Assembly (NCBI RefSeq): GCF_048403405.1
Contig: NZ_CP183129.1
Origin: Escherichia coli
Lineage (GTDB): Bacteria > Pseudomonadota > Gammaproteobacteria > Enterobacterales > Enterobacteriaceae
DNA length: 64,000 nt
Direction: 5' to 3' (one strand)
The position numbers and the translations under genes were made by a program. The notes under the pieces were generated by a model that was not told where the DNA came from, did not search any database, and was given only the letters and a program-made list of their open reading frames with translations. Below are positions 1 to 12,531 of the stretch, piece after piece (the stretch's first letter is position 1; every line of letters starts with the position of its first letter).

Positions 1-1063
1 TAACAGTAACAAACGTTCTATTGAATTAAATACCAAAACAGCGGAAGGCAAAGAGGTAATGGAAAAGCTGATCCGCGAAGCTGATATCTTAGTCGAGAAC
101 TTTCATCCAGGGGCCATTGATCACATGGGCTTCACCTGGGAGCATATTCAAGAAATCAATCCACGTCTGATTTTTGGTTCGATCAAAGGGTTTGATGAGT
201 GTTCGCCTTATGTGAATGTAAAAGCCTATGAAAACGTTGCTCAGGCAGCGGGTGGTGCGGCATCCACTACGGGTTTTTGGGACGGTCCGCCGCTGGTAAG
301 CGCTGCAGCGTTGGGTGACAGCAACACCGGAATGCATTTACTGATCGGTTTACTTGCTGCTTTGCTGCATCGCGAAAAAACGGGGCGTGGGCAACGAGTC
401 ACCATGTCAATGCAGGATGCCGTATTGAACCTTTGCCGCGTGAAATTACGCGACCAGCAGCGTCTCGATAAATTGGGTTATCTGGAAGAATACCCGCAGT
501 ATCCGAATGGCACATTTGGTGATGCAGTTCCCCGCGGAGGTAATGCGGGGGGTGGCGGTCAGCCTGGCTGGATCCTGAAATGTAAAGGCTGGGAAACCGA
601 TCCTAATGCCTATATTTATTTCACTATTCAGGAGCAAAACTGGGAAAACACCTGTAAAGCTATCGGCAAACCAGAATGGATTACCGATCCGGCATATAGT
701 ACAGCTCATGCCCGACAGCCACATATTTTCGATATTTTTGCTGAAATCGAAAAATACACTGTCACTATTGATAAACATGAAGCGGTGGCCTATTTGACTC
801 AGTTTGATATTCCTTGTGCACCGGTATTAAGTATGAAAGAAATTTCACTTGATCCCTCTTTGCGCCAAAGTGGCAGTGTCGTCGAAGTGGAACAACCGTT
901 GCGTGGAAAATATCTGACAGTTGGTTGTCCAATGAAATTCTCTGCCTTTACGCCGGATATTAAAGCTGCGCCGCTATTAGGTGAACATACCGCTGCTGTA
1001 TTGCAGGAGCTGGGTTATAGCGACGATGAAATTGCTGCAATGAAGCAAAACCACGCCATCTGA
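1..1063 (+). CDS. frc: formyl-CoA transferase, 5'-truncated by window edge
   Basis: ORF 59-1063 continues in frame to the window start; family III CoA-transferase with Gly-rich [12 protein letters not shown] insert; followed by oxc as in the E. coli oxalate locus. Confidence 0.85.
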
Positions 1064-1116
1064 TATTAACGGGGGCTTCTGGCTCCCAATTTATAAAAAT
1101 TTCGAGGTTATTAATC

Positions 1117-2811
1117 ATGTCAGATCAACTTCAAATGACAGATGGTATGCATATCATCGTTGAAGCATTAAAACAGAATGATATTGACACTATTTATGGT
1201 GTTGTAGGTATTCCTGTGACGGATATGGCGCGCCATGCCCAGGCGGAAGGCATTCGTTATATTGGTTTTCGTCATGAGCAGTCGGCAGGCTATGCCGCTG
1301 CGGCAAGCGGTTTTCTTACCCAAAAACCAGGGATCTGCCTGACAGTGTCTGCGCCAGGATTCCTCAATGGTTTGACCGCATTGGCCAACGCAACGGTAAA
1401 TGGTTTTCCGATGATCATGATTAGCGGCTCCAGCGACCGCGCGATCGTCGACCTACAGCAAGGTGATTATGAAGAGCTGGACCAAATGAATGCGGCAAAA
1501 CCGTATGCCAAAGCAGCATTCCGCGTTAATCAGCCGCAGGATCTTGGCATTGCATTGGCACGCGCTATCCGGGTCTCAGTATCGGGTCGCCCTGGCGGAG
1601 TTTATCTTGATTTGCCAGCAAATGTCCTGGCCGCGACGATGGAAAAAGACGAAGCGTTAACCACGATTGTTAAAGTTGAAAATCCGTCGCCAGCATTATT
1701 GCCATGCCCGAAGTCAGTCACTAGCGCAATTTCGCTTTTAGCAAAAGCTGAACGACCATTAGTTATCCTTGGCAAAGGCGCGGCGTATTCACAAGCTGAT
1801 GAACAGCTTCGTGAATTTATTGAAAGTGCCCAGATTCCATTCCTGCCAATGTCTATGGCGAAAGGGATCCTCGAAGATACACATCCACTTTCTGCGGCAA
1901 CTGCGCGTTCGTTTGCCCTGGCAAATGCTGACGTTGTCATGCTTGTTGGTGCACGACTGAATTGGTTACTGGCACACGGTAAAAAAGGATGGGCGGCAGA
2001 TACACAGTTTATTCAACTGGATATTGAACCGCAGGAAATTGACAGCAACCGCCCCATTGCTGTGCCAGTCGTTGGCGATATTGCATCCAGTATGCAAGGT
2101 ATGCTGGCAGAACTGAAACAAAACACATTTACGACTCCACTGGTATGGCGCGATATTTTAAATATCCACAAGCAGCAAAATGCACAAAAAATGCATGAAA
2201 AATTAAGTACAGATACTCAACCATTAAATTACTTTAATGCATTAAGTGCTGTGCGCGATGTATTGCGCGAGAACCAGGATATTTATTTAGTTAATGAAGG
2301 TGCAAATACCCTGGATAATGCACGAAATATTATTGATATGTATAAACCACGTCGCCGTCTGGATTGTGGTACCTGGGGTGTCATGGGCATCGGTATGGGC
2401 TATGCCATCGGTGCTAGCGTGACCTCTGGTTCTCCGGTTGTCGCCATTGAAGGTGATAGTGCTTTTGGTTTCAGTGGGATGGAGATTGAAACGATTTGTC
2501 GATATAACCTGCCGGTGACGATCGTTATTTTTAATAATGGCGGCATCTACAGAGGAGACGGTGTTGATCTCAGTGGCGCTGGTGCACCATCACCAACAGA
2601 TCTATTGCACCATGCAAGGTATGACAAATTAATGGATGCGTTTCGTGGCGTTGGCTATAACGTCACTACGACAGATGAACTTCGTCATGCTTTAACCACC
2701 GGTATTCAGTCGCGCAAACCGACCATTATTAATGTGGTCATCGACCCTGCAGCAGGAACTGAAAGTGGCCATATTACCAAACTTAACCCAAAACAAGTCG
2801 CTGGTAATTAA
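1117..2811 (+). CDS. oxc: oxalyl-CoA decarboxylase (thiamine-diphosphate enzyme)
   Basis: 564-aa ORF, N-terminus [20 protein letters not shown] matches recalled Oxc; RBS upstream. Confidence 0.95.
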
Positions 2812-2879
2812 ATACTGACATCGTCTCCTCTTGCCAACTCATTATCGATGGTGAGGGGACCCTTATCGGAAATACTATT

Positions 2880-3824
2880 ATGCTAACATTTTTTATTGGC
2901 GATTTATTGCCTATTATCGTAATCATGCTGTTGGGTTATTTTAGCGGCAGACGAGAAACTTTTTCAGAAGATCAAGCCCGGGCATTTAATAAACTGGTAT
3001 TAAACTACGCTCTTCCTGCGGCCCTATTTGTTTCTATTACCCGGGCAAACAGGGAAATGATTTTTGCGGACACTCGCCTGACCCTTGTATCACTTGTGGT
3101 TATTGTCGGATGTTTCTTTTTCTCCTGGTTTGGTTGCTACAAATTTTTTAAACGTACTCATGCAGAAGCAGCAGTATGTGCATTAATTGCAGGTTCACCT
3201 ACCATCGGATTCCTGGGATTTGCAGTTCTCGATCCTATTTATGGTGATTCCGTATCAACAGGTTTAGTTGTAGCAATTATTTCTATTATTGTTAACGCAA
3301 TTACTATTCCTATTGGTCTGTATTTGCTGAATCCTTCCTCAGGAGCAGATGGTAAGAAGAATAGTAATCTGAGCGCATTAATTTCTGCGGCAAAGGAGCC
3401 AGTAGTATGGGCACCTGTTCTGGCAACGATCCTGGTGTTGGTTGGGGTAAAAATTCCGGCAGCATGGGACCCAACCTTTAATCTGATTGCGAAGGCTAAC
3501 TCAGGGGTAGCGGTATTCGCTGCGGGGTTGACTCTGGCTGCACATAAATTCGAGTTCAGTGCTGAAATTGCTTATAACACCTTCCTGAAGCTGATTCTGA
3601 TGCCACTGGCGCTGCTTCTCGTGGGTATGGCATGTCATTTGAACAGCGAACATTTGCAGATGATGGTACTGGCAGGTGCCTTACCGCCGGCATTCTCCGG
3701 AATCATTATTGCCAGCCGGTTTAATGTCTACACCCGCACTGGTACAGCGTCACTGGCTGTGAGCGTACTGGGCTTTGTCGTCACGGCTCCTTTGTGGATT
3801 TATGTCAGTCGACTGGTTTCATAA
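2880..3824 (+). CDS. yfdV: AEC-family membrane transporter
   Basis: 314-aa polytopic membrane ORF between oxc and yfdE. Confidence 0.85.
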
Positions 3825-3852
3825 TTAATCATGTTATTGATTTTACATAAAT

Positions 3853-3883
3853 GCCGAAGTGTCTTTTCACCTTCGGCTTTTTT
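3853..3883 (+). terminator. rho-independent terminator after yfdV
   Basis: GCCGAAG..CTTCGGC stem followed by TTTTTTC. Confidence 0.6.
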
Positions 3884-3897
3884 CAAGGCATAAGCAA

Positions 3898-5043
3898 ATG
3901 ACAAATAATGAATGCAAAGGGCTGTTTGAAGGCTTATTAGTTATCGATATGACACATGTCCTTAATGGACCTTTCGGAACTCAACTTCTTTGTAATATGG
4001 GCGCAAGGGTAATTAAAGTTGAGCCGCCGGGTCATGGTGATGATACCCGCACATTTGGTCCCTATGTGGATGGACAGTCACTCTATTACAGTTTTATTAA
4101 TCATGGCAAAGAGAGTGTGGTTCTTGATTTAAAGAATGATCACGATAAAAGTATATTTATAAATATGCTTAAACAAGCTGATGTATTAGCTGAGAATTTT
4201 CGCCCAGGTACAATGGAAAAACTGGGGTTTTCATGGGAAACGCTACAAGAAATCAACCCGCGTCTCATATATGCTTCATCGTCAGGTTTTGGGCATACCG
4301 GCCCGCTAAAAGATGCTCCAGCCTACGATACCATCATTCAGGCAATGAGCGGGATAATGATGGAAACAGGGTACCCTGATGCTCCGCCAGTGCGCGTGGG
4401 TACCTCTCTTGCGGATTTATGTGGCGGTGTCTATTTATTCAGTGGAATAGTGAGTGCACTTTATGGCCGCGAAATGAGCCAGAGAGGGGCGCATGTCGAT
4501 ATAGCGATGTTTGATGCCACGCTGAGTTTTCTGGAGCATGGTCTGATGGCATATATTGCGACAGGGAAGTCACCACAACGCCTGGGAAATCGCCATCCCT
4601 ACATGGCACCTTTTGATGTTTTTGATACTCAGGATAAGCCGATTACTATTTGTTGTGGTAATGACAAGCTTTTTTCTGCGTTATGCCAGGCACTGGAGCT
4701 TACGGAACTGGTTAATGATCCCCGATTTAGCAGCAATATTTTACGCGTACAAAACCAGGCTATTCTTAAACAATATATTGAGCGAACGTTAAAAACGCAG
4801 GCAGCTGAAGTTTGGTTAGCCAAAATACATGAAGTTGGTGTGCCCGTCGCGCCGTTATTAAGTGTGGCTGAGGCCATTAATTTGCCACAAACTCAGGCGA
4901 GAAATATGTTGATTGAAGCCGGGGGAATAATGATGCCAGGTAATCCGATAAAAATCAGCGGCTGCGCGGACCCGCATGTTATGCCGGGAGCGGCAACGCT
5001 CGACCAACATGGGGAACAAATTCGCCAGGAGTTCTCATCATAA
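3898..5043 (+). CDS. yfdE: acyl-CoA transferase (family III)
   Basis: ORF track starts at 3859 but the ATG at 3898 (MTNNECKG...) lies just after the terminator and gives 381 aa. Confidence 0.85.
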   Translation: MTNNECKGLFEGLLVIDMTHVLNGPFGTQLLCNMGARVIKVEPPGHGDDTRTFGPYVDGQSLYYSFINHGKESVVLDLKNDHDKSIFINMLKQADVLAENFRPGTMEKLGFSWETLQEINPRLIYASSSGFGHTGPLKDAPAYDTIIQAMSGIMMETGYPDAPPVRVGTSLADLCGGVYLFSGIVSALYGREMSQRGAHVDIAMFDATLSFLEHGLMAYIATGKSPQRLGNRHPYMAPFDVFDTQDKPITICCGNDKLFSALCQALELTELVNDPRFSSNILRVQNQAILKQYIERTLKTQAAEVWLAKIHEVGVPVAPLLSVAEAINLPQTQARNMLIEAGGIMMPGNPIKISGCADPHVMPGAATLDQHGEQIRQEFSS

Positions 5044-5098
5044 ATGTAAGATGTGCTGGTAAATAGCTCCCACATTTGAATATTGTGGGAGCCGCTAT

Positions 5099-8000
5099 TT
5101 AGTCATTTTGTTGACAGAAAACAGCTATCTCCTGGTCCAGCTCTGCAATGTGTTCTTTAACAGAGTTCAGCAACTTAAGAATTTCAGGCTTGCTGTCATC
5201 TGAAACGGGCGTTATTTCTAACTGATGGCTAAGATTAATCAACTTTTGCAAATTCAGGATGTTAGCCGCACCGTGGATGCGATGAATACACTGATGGAAA
5301 GTTCTGTTATCGCCAGCTTCTAACGCATGAAACGCAGCGGGTAGATCTTTATGCGTTTCATGCTGGAAAGTCATGAGAATCTCCTGCATCAGTTGTAGAT
5401 CGTTCGCCGTATTATTTTTCAGGGCCTCGATATCAAGGTGGCGATACTGAGGTGCAATAGGCGCAACCTGGTGTAACTGGCTTAAATGTGTTTTCATTAC
5501 ATTCAGGGTCAACGGTTTGAACAAACATAAGTTCATGCCGCAATTTAACCCTTTTTCACGTTCGTTAGCCTGTGCGTTGGCTGTAAGCCCCCAGATGGGT
5601 AAGGAAGAATTTTGCTCACGGAGTTTGCGAGTCAACTCAAAACCATCCATATTCGGCATATTAACGTCAGTAATAAGCAGATCATAATGTTGCATACTGA
5701 CTTTGTGTAGCGCTTGCACACCATCAGTGGCTTCATCAACATCATATCCTAATAGGTTTAGCTGGCGTTTGAGTAATAGCCTGTTGGTCGGATGATCATC
5801 CGCGATTAATATACTCAACTTTTCAGGGAGTGTCATAGGTTGTTCTGCTTTTGCCTCGACAGTCGCCACTTGTTGGGTAATTTCTACCGGGATTGTGATC
5901 GTAAATGTCGTTCCTATGCCTGGATGACTTTCTAATGACAAATCGCCCTGCATGTTTTTAATTAATTCTTTGCAGATCATTAAGCCTAAACCAGAACCTG
6001 TTTGCTGACGACCTGCACTTGTTTGGCTATAGCGTTTAAACAGTTGTTGTTGTTCTTCCTGTGATAATCCACTTCCAGAATCCATAATCGTCATTTTGAT
6101 TACAGCGTGGTTGTCATCAATGTTAACCAGGGAGGTCGTAATTTTTACTGCCCCCTCGGTGGTAAATTTGAGAGCATTGCTCAGTAAATTAGATAAGACC
6201 TGCTTAAACGCCTGAGGGTCGATCTTAACCAGGTAATGTTCAGGAAACGTACTGCTGCAACTTAATGCGATCGATTTGCTTGCAGCAATCGCACCGAAAG
6301 AGTGACAAGTGTTCTGGACTAAAGTAGGGATATCGACCCATTGTGGTTGAAGTTGATAGTTACCCGACTCAATTTTGTCGACATCAAGGATTTCACCAAT
6401 TAAGCCGAGGAGTGATTGTCCGGTGGCGTAGGCAAGTGAAATCGCCTCCACCCGTTGTTCCTTGCTAAGACCAGAACCCGACAGAAGTTCCAGGAAGCCC
6501 ATAATGGAGCTTATTGGTGTTCTTATTTCGTGACTCATTGTTGCCAGAAACTGACTTTTTGCGACAGTTGCATTGATCGCTTTATTTCTCTCTACTTCGA
6601 GAGCGTGAATTAAATCACGCGTCTCGGTAATATCTTGCCAACCACAAATATAAACAGCATGATCGCTGGCTGGCAGATTGCATAATGTATGCCAGTGATT
6701 AATGCATCTTTTCTCGATGCCATTATCAATTTCAAATACCTGTGTGTATATTGTTCGATTTTCTTTCGTTTCTGCTGTGACTTCATGCGCATTAGAAAAA
6801 ACATCTTTAAAGGGTGAGTCACTGTTTTCTAATGGTAACATTGCATTTTTGTAGTAATCCGCAGTGAAATAATGTTCAAAAGCACTATTATGACTAATGA
6901 CATTACCTTGCCAGTTTACAACATAAGTTGGATTCGGTAAGGAATCCGAGAGTGCTTTTCGGAATGATATTTGGTTTTCTAAATCACCCTGAATGACTTT
7001 ACGACGACGAACTGAGCGTAACAGGTAGAATCCCCATAAAAGGCTACTGCCAACTAATAAAACGGATAATGTCGTGACAATATAAAATTGCTCGCTATAG
7101 AGGTCCCATGTGTCAATGGTCACATTGGGCATTTTAATCCATTTTTCCGTCAGGCGCAGAACTTCGCTTGGGGGAATTGCATTCAGTGCTTTATTAATAA
7201 TATCCTTAAGTTCCGGTTCTCCGCGAGGAAAAGCGAACGAAAGCGATGCATTCGGAACGCCGGGAATAAGAAAATGATAAAGTTCATTAGGATAGTAATG
7301 GTCGATCATGTAACGTGAATTTAACTGTGTCGCGACCAGAGCATCAAGTTCGCCTTCCTTGACCTTGTGAAATGCAGCGCTGGCGTTATCGACTTTTATC
7401 CACTCTACCTCCGGATACATCTCTTTTAATTGCGAATGAAGCTCATAATAATAGGGAATGGCAACTTTCATTCCTTTTTTTAATGTTTGTTCACTGTCAG
7501 GCGCTTTTTGCATGACAAAAACGTAAGGCGTTGTTATGAAGGCTTCAGCAAATAAAACATTATTTTCTCTATCTTCACTATAAATAGCGGCGGGCAATAT
7601 ATCCCATCCACCGGGGTTAAGCTGTGTCCCCGCATGAATATTGTGTGAAACGGTGATCGGAGAAAAATTTAAACCTGTTTGCAAGGTAATAATATTAAGA
7701 ATATCACCCATCACGCCCCGAACTGAGCCAGTTTCATCTGTCATAGAATAGGGGGGCGAGTAAGGATTTTCCAGCACCTTTAAATCGGGATGCTGCTTAA
7801 TCCACTGTTTTTCATGTTCAGTGAGTTCTAATGGTTTGTTCAGAAAGGCCAGGTTTCCTGTATCAAGCCAATTTTGTGAAACTTCATAGCGAACTTCATT
7901 TGTTAAAGCATCAACAAACCGATTGAGTACTTCATTAAGAATGATTGAATCTTTTCTGGTTAAGAAAAAGTTATATTGACGCGGCGAGTTATAATATTTC

Positions 8001-8691
8001 ACTACATTTAAGGAGTGAGTGAAATAGCGGGAAATCATACTGCTGGTGATGATGTTACTACCAATAAAGTAATCATTCTGTCCGGCTGAGACGGATGCTA
8101 ATGCCTGATATAAATTTGTAAAAGAGATAATTGTTGCTTTTGGAAATGATTGATGAATTACCTCGTCTGGAGGGTAATTTGCTACTCTAGCAATATTTAC
8201 TGGTTTTGATGAGGTAAGCGGTCGCATTGAATCGTGAAGGGTGGTGACCAGCGCCGGAAAGGTAATTATCAGCGGTTTGGTTGCAGCAATGTCATCATTA
8301 AGAGGCGGCGAAGCAACCAAATGTGATAACACTATATCGACTTCACCTTCTTCCAGCGCGTCCATTGCTTTTTGATGATCTGCGTATTCCCGGAGTGTTA
8401 ATTTGATATTTAACGCTCTTTTTAACAGATTTAAATAATCAGCATTAATACCACGAACCCGTTGCTGTGAATCGGTATGCAACAACGTAGCCGTTTGGGA
8501 CTTGTGTACTGCAATCACAAGATTTTTTTGCTCGCTAACCAACGTAATTCCTTGTTGCTCAGACGTAGTGGATCAAGTGTGACACGGTTGTTACTACTGA
8601 TGCCACGATATTCGATGTAATCTTCGTCTGCGAAACCTATTGTCGACCAAAGACCACAACAGAGAAGAAAAATATAGGGTAAAAACTTCAT
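5099..8691 (-). CDS. evgS: EvgS hybrid sensor kinase, reading frame broken by a -1 frameshift in a 7-nt homopolymer (8523-8529); possible pseudogene or sequencing error
   Basis: ATG at 8691 encodes MKFLPYIFLLCCGLWS... signal-peptide N-terminus and hits TGA after about 53 codons; the long ORF 5099-8542 is in another frame; one extra base in the run gives exactly 1197 codons. Confidence 0.85.
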
Positions 8692-8695
8692 GTGG

Positions 8696-9310
8696 TTAGC
8701 CGATTTTGTTACGTTGTGCGAATGTGTAAAGATCCATCAGTGATTTACATTCTAATTTTTCCATCAGGCGACTTTTATAAGTGCTGACAGTTTTGTTGCT
8801 GATGAACATTTTTTCAGCAATGTCATTATTATCCTTGCCATCAAGAATATATCGCATGACACTAATTTCTTGTTTCGATAAGGAGTCGAGTTTTTGCTGG
8901 TCGGACGTTAAACTTCCAACAAACCGGTTGAGAGAGAAGGGGAAATAGCAGTAGCCATTTTTTGCAGCTTCAATAGCCGCAATGATATTGTTCATGCCTT
9001 CTTTTTTACTCACGAATCCATTAGCGCCAGCATCAGCACAATGTTTCCCGTAAAAATGGTCATTTTTAGCGGAGACGATAATAATAATTCCGCTATATTG
9101 GCGCTTCCTCAGCGTTTCTAACACCTGGATACCGTTAACTCCGGGGATATCGACATCAATGATGACGATATCAGGTTTAAGTGTTTCCACACGCTGAACG
9201 GCACTTCCCCCTTCAGTCAACTCCGCTAAGATTTCAATATCGTTTTTGATCAATAAATTACGAATTGCTGCGATAGCAAGAGGATGGTCATCAATAATTA
9301 TTGCGTTCAT
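8696..9310 (-). CDS. evgA: EvgA response regulator (NarL/LuxR family)
   Basis: 204-aa ORF with receiver domain and C-terminal LuxR HTH; 4 bp upstream of evgS. Confidence 0.95.
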   Translation of the reverse strand: MNAIIIDDHPLAIAAIRNLLIKNDIEILAELTEGGSAVQRVETLKPDIVIIDVDIPGVNGIQVLETLRKRQYSGIIIIVSAKNDHFYGKHCADAGANGFVSKKEGMNNIIAAIEAAKNGYCYFPFSLNRFVGSLTSDQQKLDSLSKQEISVMRYILDGKDNNDIAEKMFISNKTVSTYKSRLMEKLECKSLMDLYTFAQRNKIG

Positions 9311-9535
9311 AGATTATTCCCTTTGCAATGAAGCATCTCCCTTCTCCCTGTAGTAATACAGACATAAGGCATCATCTCATTTTCTCAATAAAAATAAGAA
9401 AATTTGAGCTTCCTTTAAGATAATTCGACAAGTATACCATATAAATAGTCGGCATATATGAAATGTCAACAATAAAATCAGGGATTGTACCGATGATTTA
9501 TAGTTTCACATTAGTACTATAAGTCTTCTCACTAA

Positions 9536-9552
9536 TCCTACATGCGTAAGAA
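9536..9552. promoter_or_regulatory. candidate EvgA box in the evgA-emrK divergent intergenic region
   Basis: TCCTACA-TG-CGTAAGAA resembles the recalled EvgA inverted-repeat consensus. Confidence 0.4.
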
Positions 9553-9725
9553 TTGTATTGCAAAAGCCACGGTTTAGTCCTCTGTTGTTTTTTTTGCACC
9601 TCATTTAAATTAGGCCTCCAACGTTCCTGGGACAATGTGCAACACATGCACTGTGTTTGATATGAAGAATGAATACTCTTTTCATTCAATTCATAAATTT
9701 CATCTATGCGAAATGAGAGATAATA

Positions 9726-10889
9726 GTGGAACAGATTAATTCAAATAAAAAACATTCTAACAGAAGAAAATACTTTTCTTTATTGGCGGTAGTTTTATTT
9801 ATTGCGTTTTCAGGTGCCTATGCCTATTGGTCAATGGAATTAGAAGACATGATTAGTACAGATGATGCCTATGTCACGGGGAATGCAGATCCAATTTCTG
9901 CACAAGTTTCAGGCAGCGTCACTGTCGTTAATCATAAAGATACGAACTACGTTCGACAGGGTGACATTTTAGTCTCACTGGATAAGACTGATGCCACTAT
10001 CGCACTCAATAAAGCTAAAAATAATCTGGCCAATATTGTTCGGCAAACGAATAAACTGTACTTACAGGATAAACAATACAGTGCCGAAGTCGCTTCAGCA
10101 CGTATTCAGTATCAACAATCTTTAGAAGATTATAACCGTCGTGTACCTTTAGCGAAGCAGGGGGTTATTTCAAAAGAAACGCTGGAGCATACCAAAGATA
10201 CGTTAATAAGTAGCAAAGCGGCATTGAATGCCGCTATCCAGGCTTATAAAGCGAATAAAGCTTTAGTAATGAACACACCATTAAACCGTCAGCCACAAGT
10301 CGTTGAAGCGGCGGATGCAACCAAAGAAGCCTGGTTAGCGCTTAAACGTACGGATATTAAGAGTCCTGTTACCGGCTATATTGCCCAGAGAAGCGTTCAG
10401 GTCGGCGAAACAGTGAGTCCCGGACAATCGTTAATGGCTGTCGTACCGGCACGTCAAATGTGGGTTAATGCCAACTTTAAAGAAACACAACTCACGGATG
10501 TACGGATTGGTCAATCGGTCAATATTATCAGCGATCTTTATGGTGAAAATGTTGTGTTTCATGGTCGGGTGACAGGGATCAATATGGGAACCGGCAATGC
10601 GTTCTCCTTATTACCTGCACAAAATGCGACAGGGAACTGGATCAAAATCGTTCAGCGTGTACCGGTTGAAGTTTCTCTTGATCCAAAAGAACTCATGGAA
10701 CATCCCTTACGTATTGGTTTATCGATGACAGCAACTATTGATACGAAGAACGAAGACATTGCCGAGATGCCTGAGCTGGATTCAACCGTGACGTCCATGC
10801 CTGCTTATACCAGTAAGGCTTTAGTTATCGATACCAGTCCGATAGAAAAAGAAATTAGCAACATTATTTCGCATAATGGACAACTTTAA
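9726..10889 (+). CDS. emrK: multidrug efflux membrane fusion protein
   Basis: 387-aa ORF, N-terminal TM anchor, EmrA-like; overlaps emrY start. Confidence 0.9.
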   Translation: MEQINSNKKHSNRRKYFSLLAVVLFIAFSGAYAYWSMELEDMISTDDAYVTGNADPISAQVSGSVTVVNHKDTNYVRQGDILVSLDKTDATIALNKAKNNLANIVRQTNKLYLQDKQYSAEVASARIQYQQSLEDYNRRVPLAKQGVISKETLEHTKDTLISSKAALNAAIQAYKANKALVMNTPLNRQPQVVEAADATKEAWLALKRTDIKSPVTGYIAQRSVQVGETVSPGQSLMAVVPARQMWVNANFKETQLTDVRIGQSVNIISDLYGENVVFHGRVTGINMGTGNAFSLLPAQNATGNWIKIVQRVPVEVSLDPKELMEHPLRIGLSMTATIDTKNEDIAEMPELDSTVTSMPAYTSKALVIDTSPIEKEISNIISHNGQL

Positions 10890-12427
10890 TGGCAATCACT
10901 AAATCAACTCCGGCACCATTAACCGGTGGGACGTTATGGTGCGTCACTATTGCATTGTCATTAGCGACGTTTATGCAAATGTTGGATTCCACTATTTCTA
11001 ACGTCGCAATACCGACAATATCTGGCTTTCTGGGAGCATCAACAGACGAAGGCACCTGGGTTATCACTTCGTTTGGTGTAGCAAATGCCATTGCGATCCC
11101 TGTTACCGGCAGGTTGGCACAAAGAATAGGCGAATTAAGATTATTTTTACTTTCAGTAACCTTTTTTTCGCTATCTTCATTAATGTGTAGCCTATCGACC
11201 AATCTTGATGTGCTGATATTTTTTAGAGTCGTTCAGGGGTTAATGGCGGGGCCGTTAATTCCACTGTCACAGAGTTTATTATTAAGGAATTATCCGCCAG
11301 AAAAAAGAACATTTGCTCTGGCATTATGGTCTATGACCGTGATTATCGCTCCGATATGTGGGCCGATATTGGGCGGCTATATTTGCGATAACTTTAGCTG
11401 GGGTTGGATATTTTTAATCAATGTCCCTATGGGGATTATCGTTCTGACATTATGCTTAACCTTACTTAAAGGAAGAGAAACTGAGACTTCACCGGTCAAA
11501 ATGAATCTACCAGGACTGACCCTGTTAGTGCTCGGTGTTGGTGGCTTGCAGATAATGCTTGATAAAGGGCGCGACCTGGATTGGTTCAACTCGAGTACAA
11601 TAATAATACTAACAGTAGTGTCAGTTATTTCTCTGATTTCTTTAGTCATTTGGGAGTCGACCTCAGAGAACCCGATTCTTGATCTCAGTTTGTTTAAGTC
11701 CCGTAATTTCACCATTGGTATTGTGAGTATCACATGCGCGTATTTATTTTACTCTGGGGCGATAGTCCTTATGCCGCAGTTACTCCAGGAAACGATGGGG
11801 TATAATGCGATATGGGCCGGACTTGCCTATGCGCCCATCGGCATCATGCCGCTATTAATATCACCTTTGATAGGACGTTATGGCAACAAAATTGATATGC
11901 GGTTGTTGGTGACATTTAGTTTTTTAATGTATGCGGTTTGCTATTACTGGCGTTCTGTGACATTTATGCCAACGATTGATTTTACAGGCATCATTTTGCC
12001 ACAGTTTTTTCAGGGATTCGCCGTCGCCTGTTTCTTTTTACCCTTAACAACGATTTCGTTTTCAGGTTTGCCAGATAATAAATTTGCCAATGCCTCGAGT
12101 ATGAGTAATTTTTTTCGTACCTTGTCAGGATCAGTTGGTACGTCGTTGACAATGACGCTGTGGGGACGCCGAGAATCATTACACCATAGTCAGTTGACAG
12201 CAACCATCGATCAATTTAACCCCGTGTTTAATTCATCGTCACAAATTATGGATAAATACTATGGTTCGCTTTCAGGGGTTCTTAATGAAATTAATAATGA
12301 AATAACTCAGCAGTCACTTTCAATTTCTGCAAATGAGATTTTCCGTATGGCGGCTATTGCTTTTATCTTACTTACGGTTTTGGTTTGGTTTGCGAAACCG
12401 CCGTTTACAGCGAAAGGCGTTGGGTGA
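10889..12427 (+). CDS. emrY: MFS multidrug efflux pump
   Basis: 512-aa polytopic MFS ORF translationally coupled to emrK. Confidence 0.9.
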   Translation: MAITKSTPAPLTGGTLWCVTIALSLATFMQMLDSTISNVAIPTISGFLGASTDEGTWVITSFGVANAIAIPVTGRLAQRIGELRLFLLSVTFFSLSSLMCSLSTNLDVLIFFRVVQGLMAGPLIPLSQSLLLRNYPPEKRTFALALWSMTVIIAPICGPILGGYICDNFSWGWIFLINVPMGIIVLTLCLTLLKGRETETSPVKMNLPGLTLLVLGVGGLQIMLDKGRDLDWFNSSTIIILTVVSVISLISLVIWESTSENPILDLSLFKSRNFTIGIVSITCAYLFYSGAIVLMPQLLQETMGYNAIWAGLAYAPIGIMPLLISPLIGRYGNKIDMRLLVTFSFLMYAVCYYWRSVTFMPTIDFTGIILPQFFQGFAVACFFLPLTTISFSGLPDNKFANASSMSNFFRTLSGSVGTSLTMTLWGRRESLHHSQLTATIDQFNPVFNSSSQIMDKYYGSLSGVLNEINNEITQQSLSISANEIFRMAAIAFILLTVLVWFAKPPFTAKGVG

Positions 12428-12484
12428 TGGTAAAAGCAAGGGGTTATAGCGGGTAAGACCGGGGATCTTAAGTCTGCGCCATCG

Positions 12485-12522
12485 GCAGCATCGCTCACCC
12501 AGGGAAAGGATGGCGATGCTGC
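12485..12522. terminator. hairpin between convergent emrY and dsdA
   Basis: 10-bp stem GCAGCATCGC/GCGATGCTGC. Confidence 0.45.
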
Positions 12523-12531
12523 GTTGAAACG

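Noticed and set aside
9498..9689. 63-aa minus-strand ORF in the evgA-emrK intergenic region
   Set aside because: Sits in the divergent promoter region, with no RBS and low-complexity sequence.
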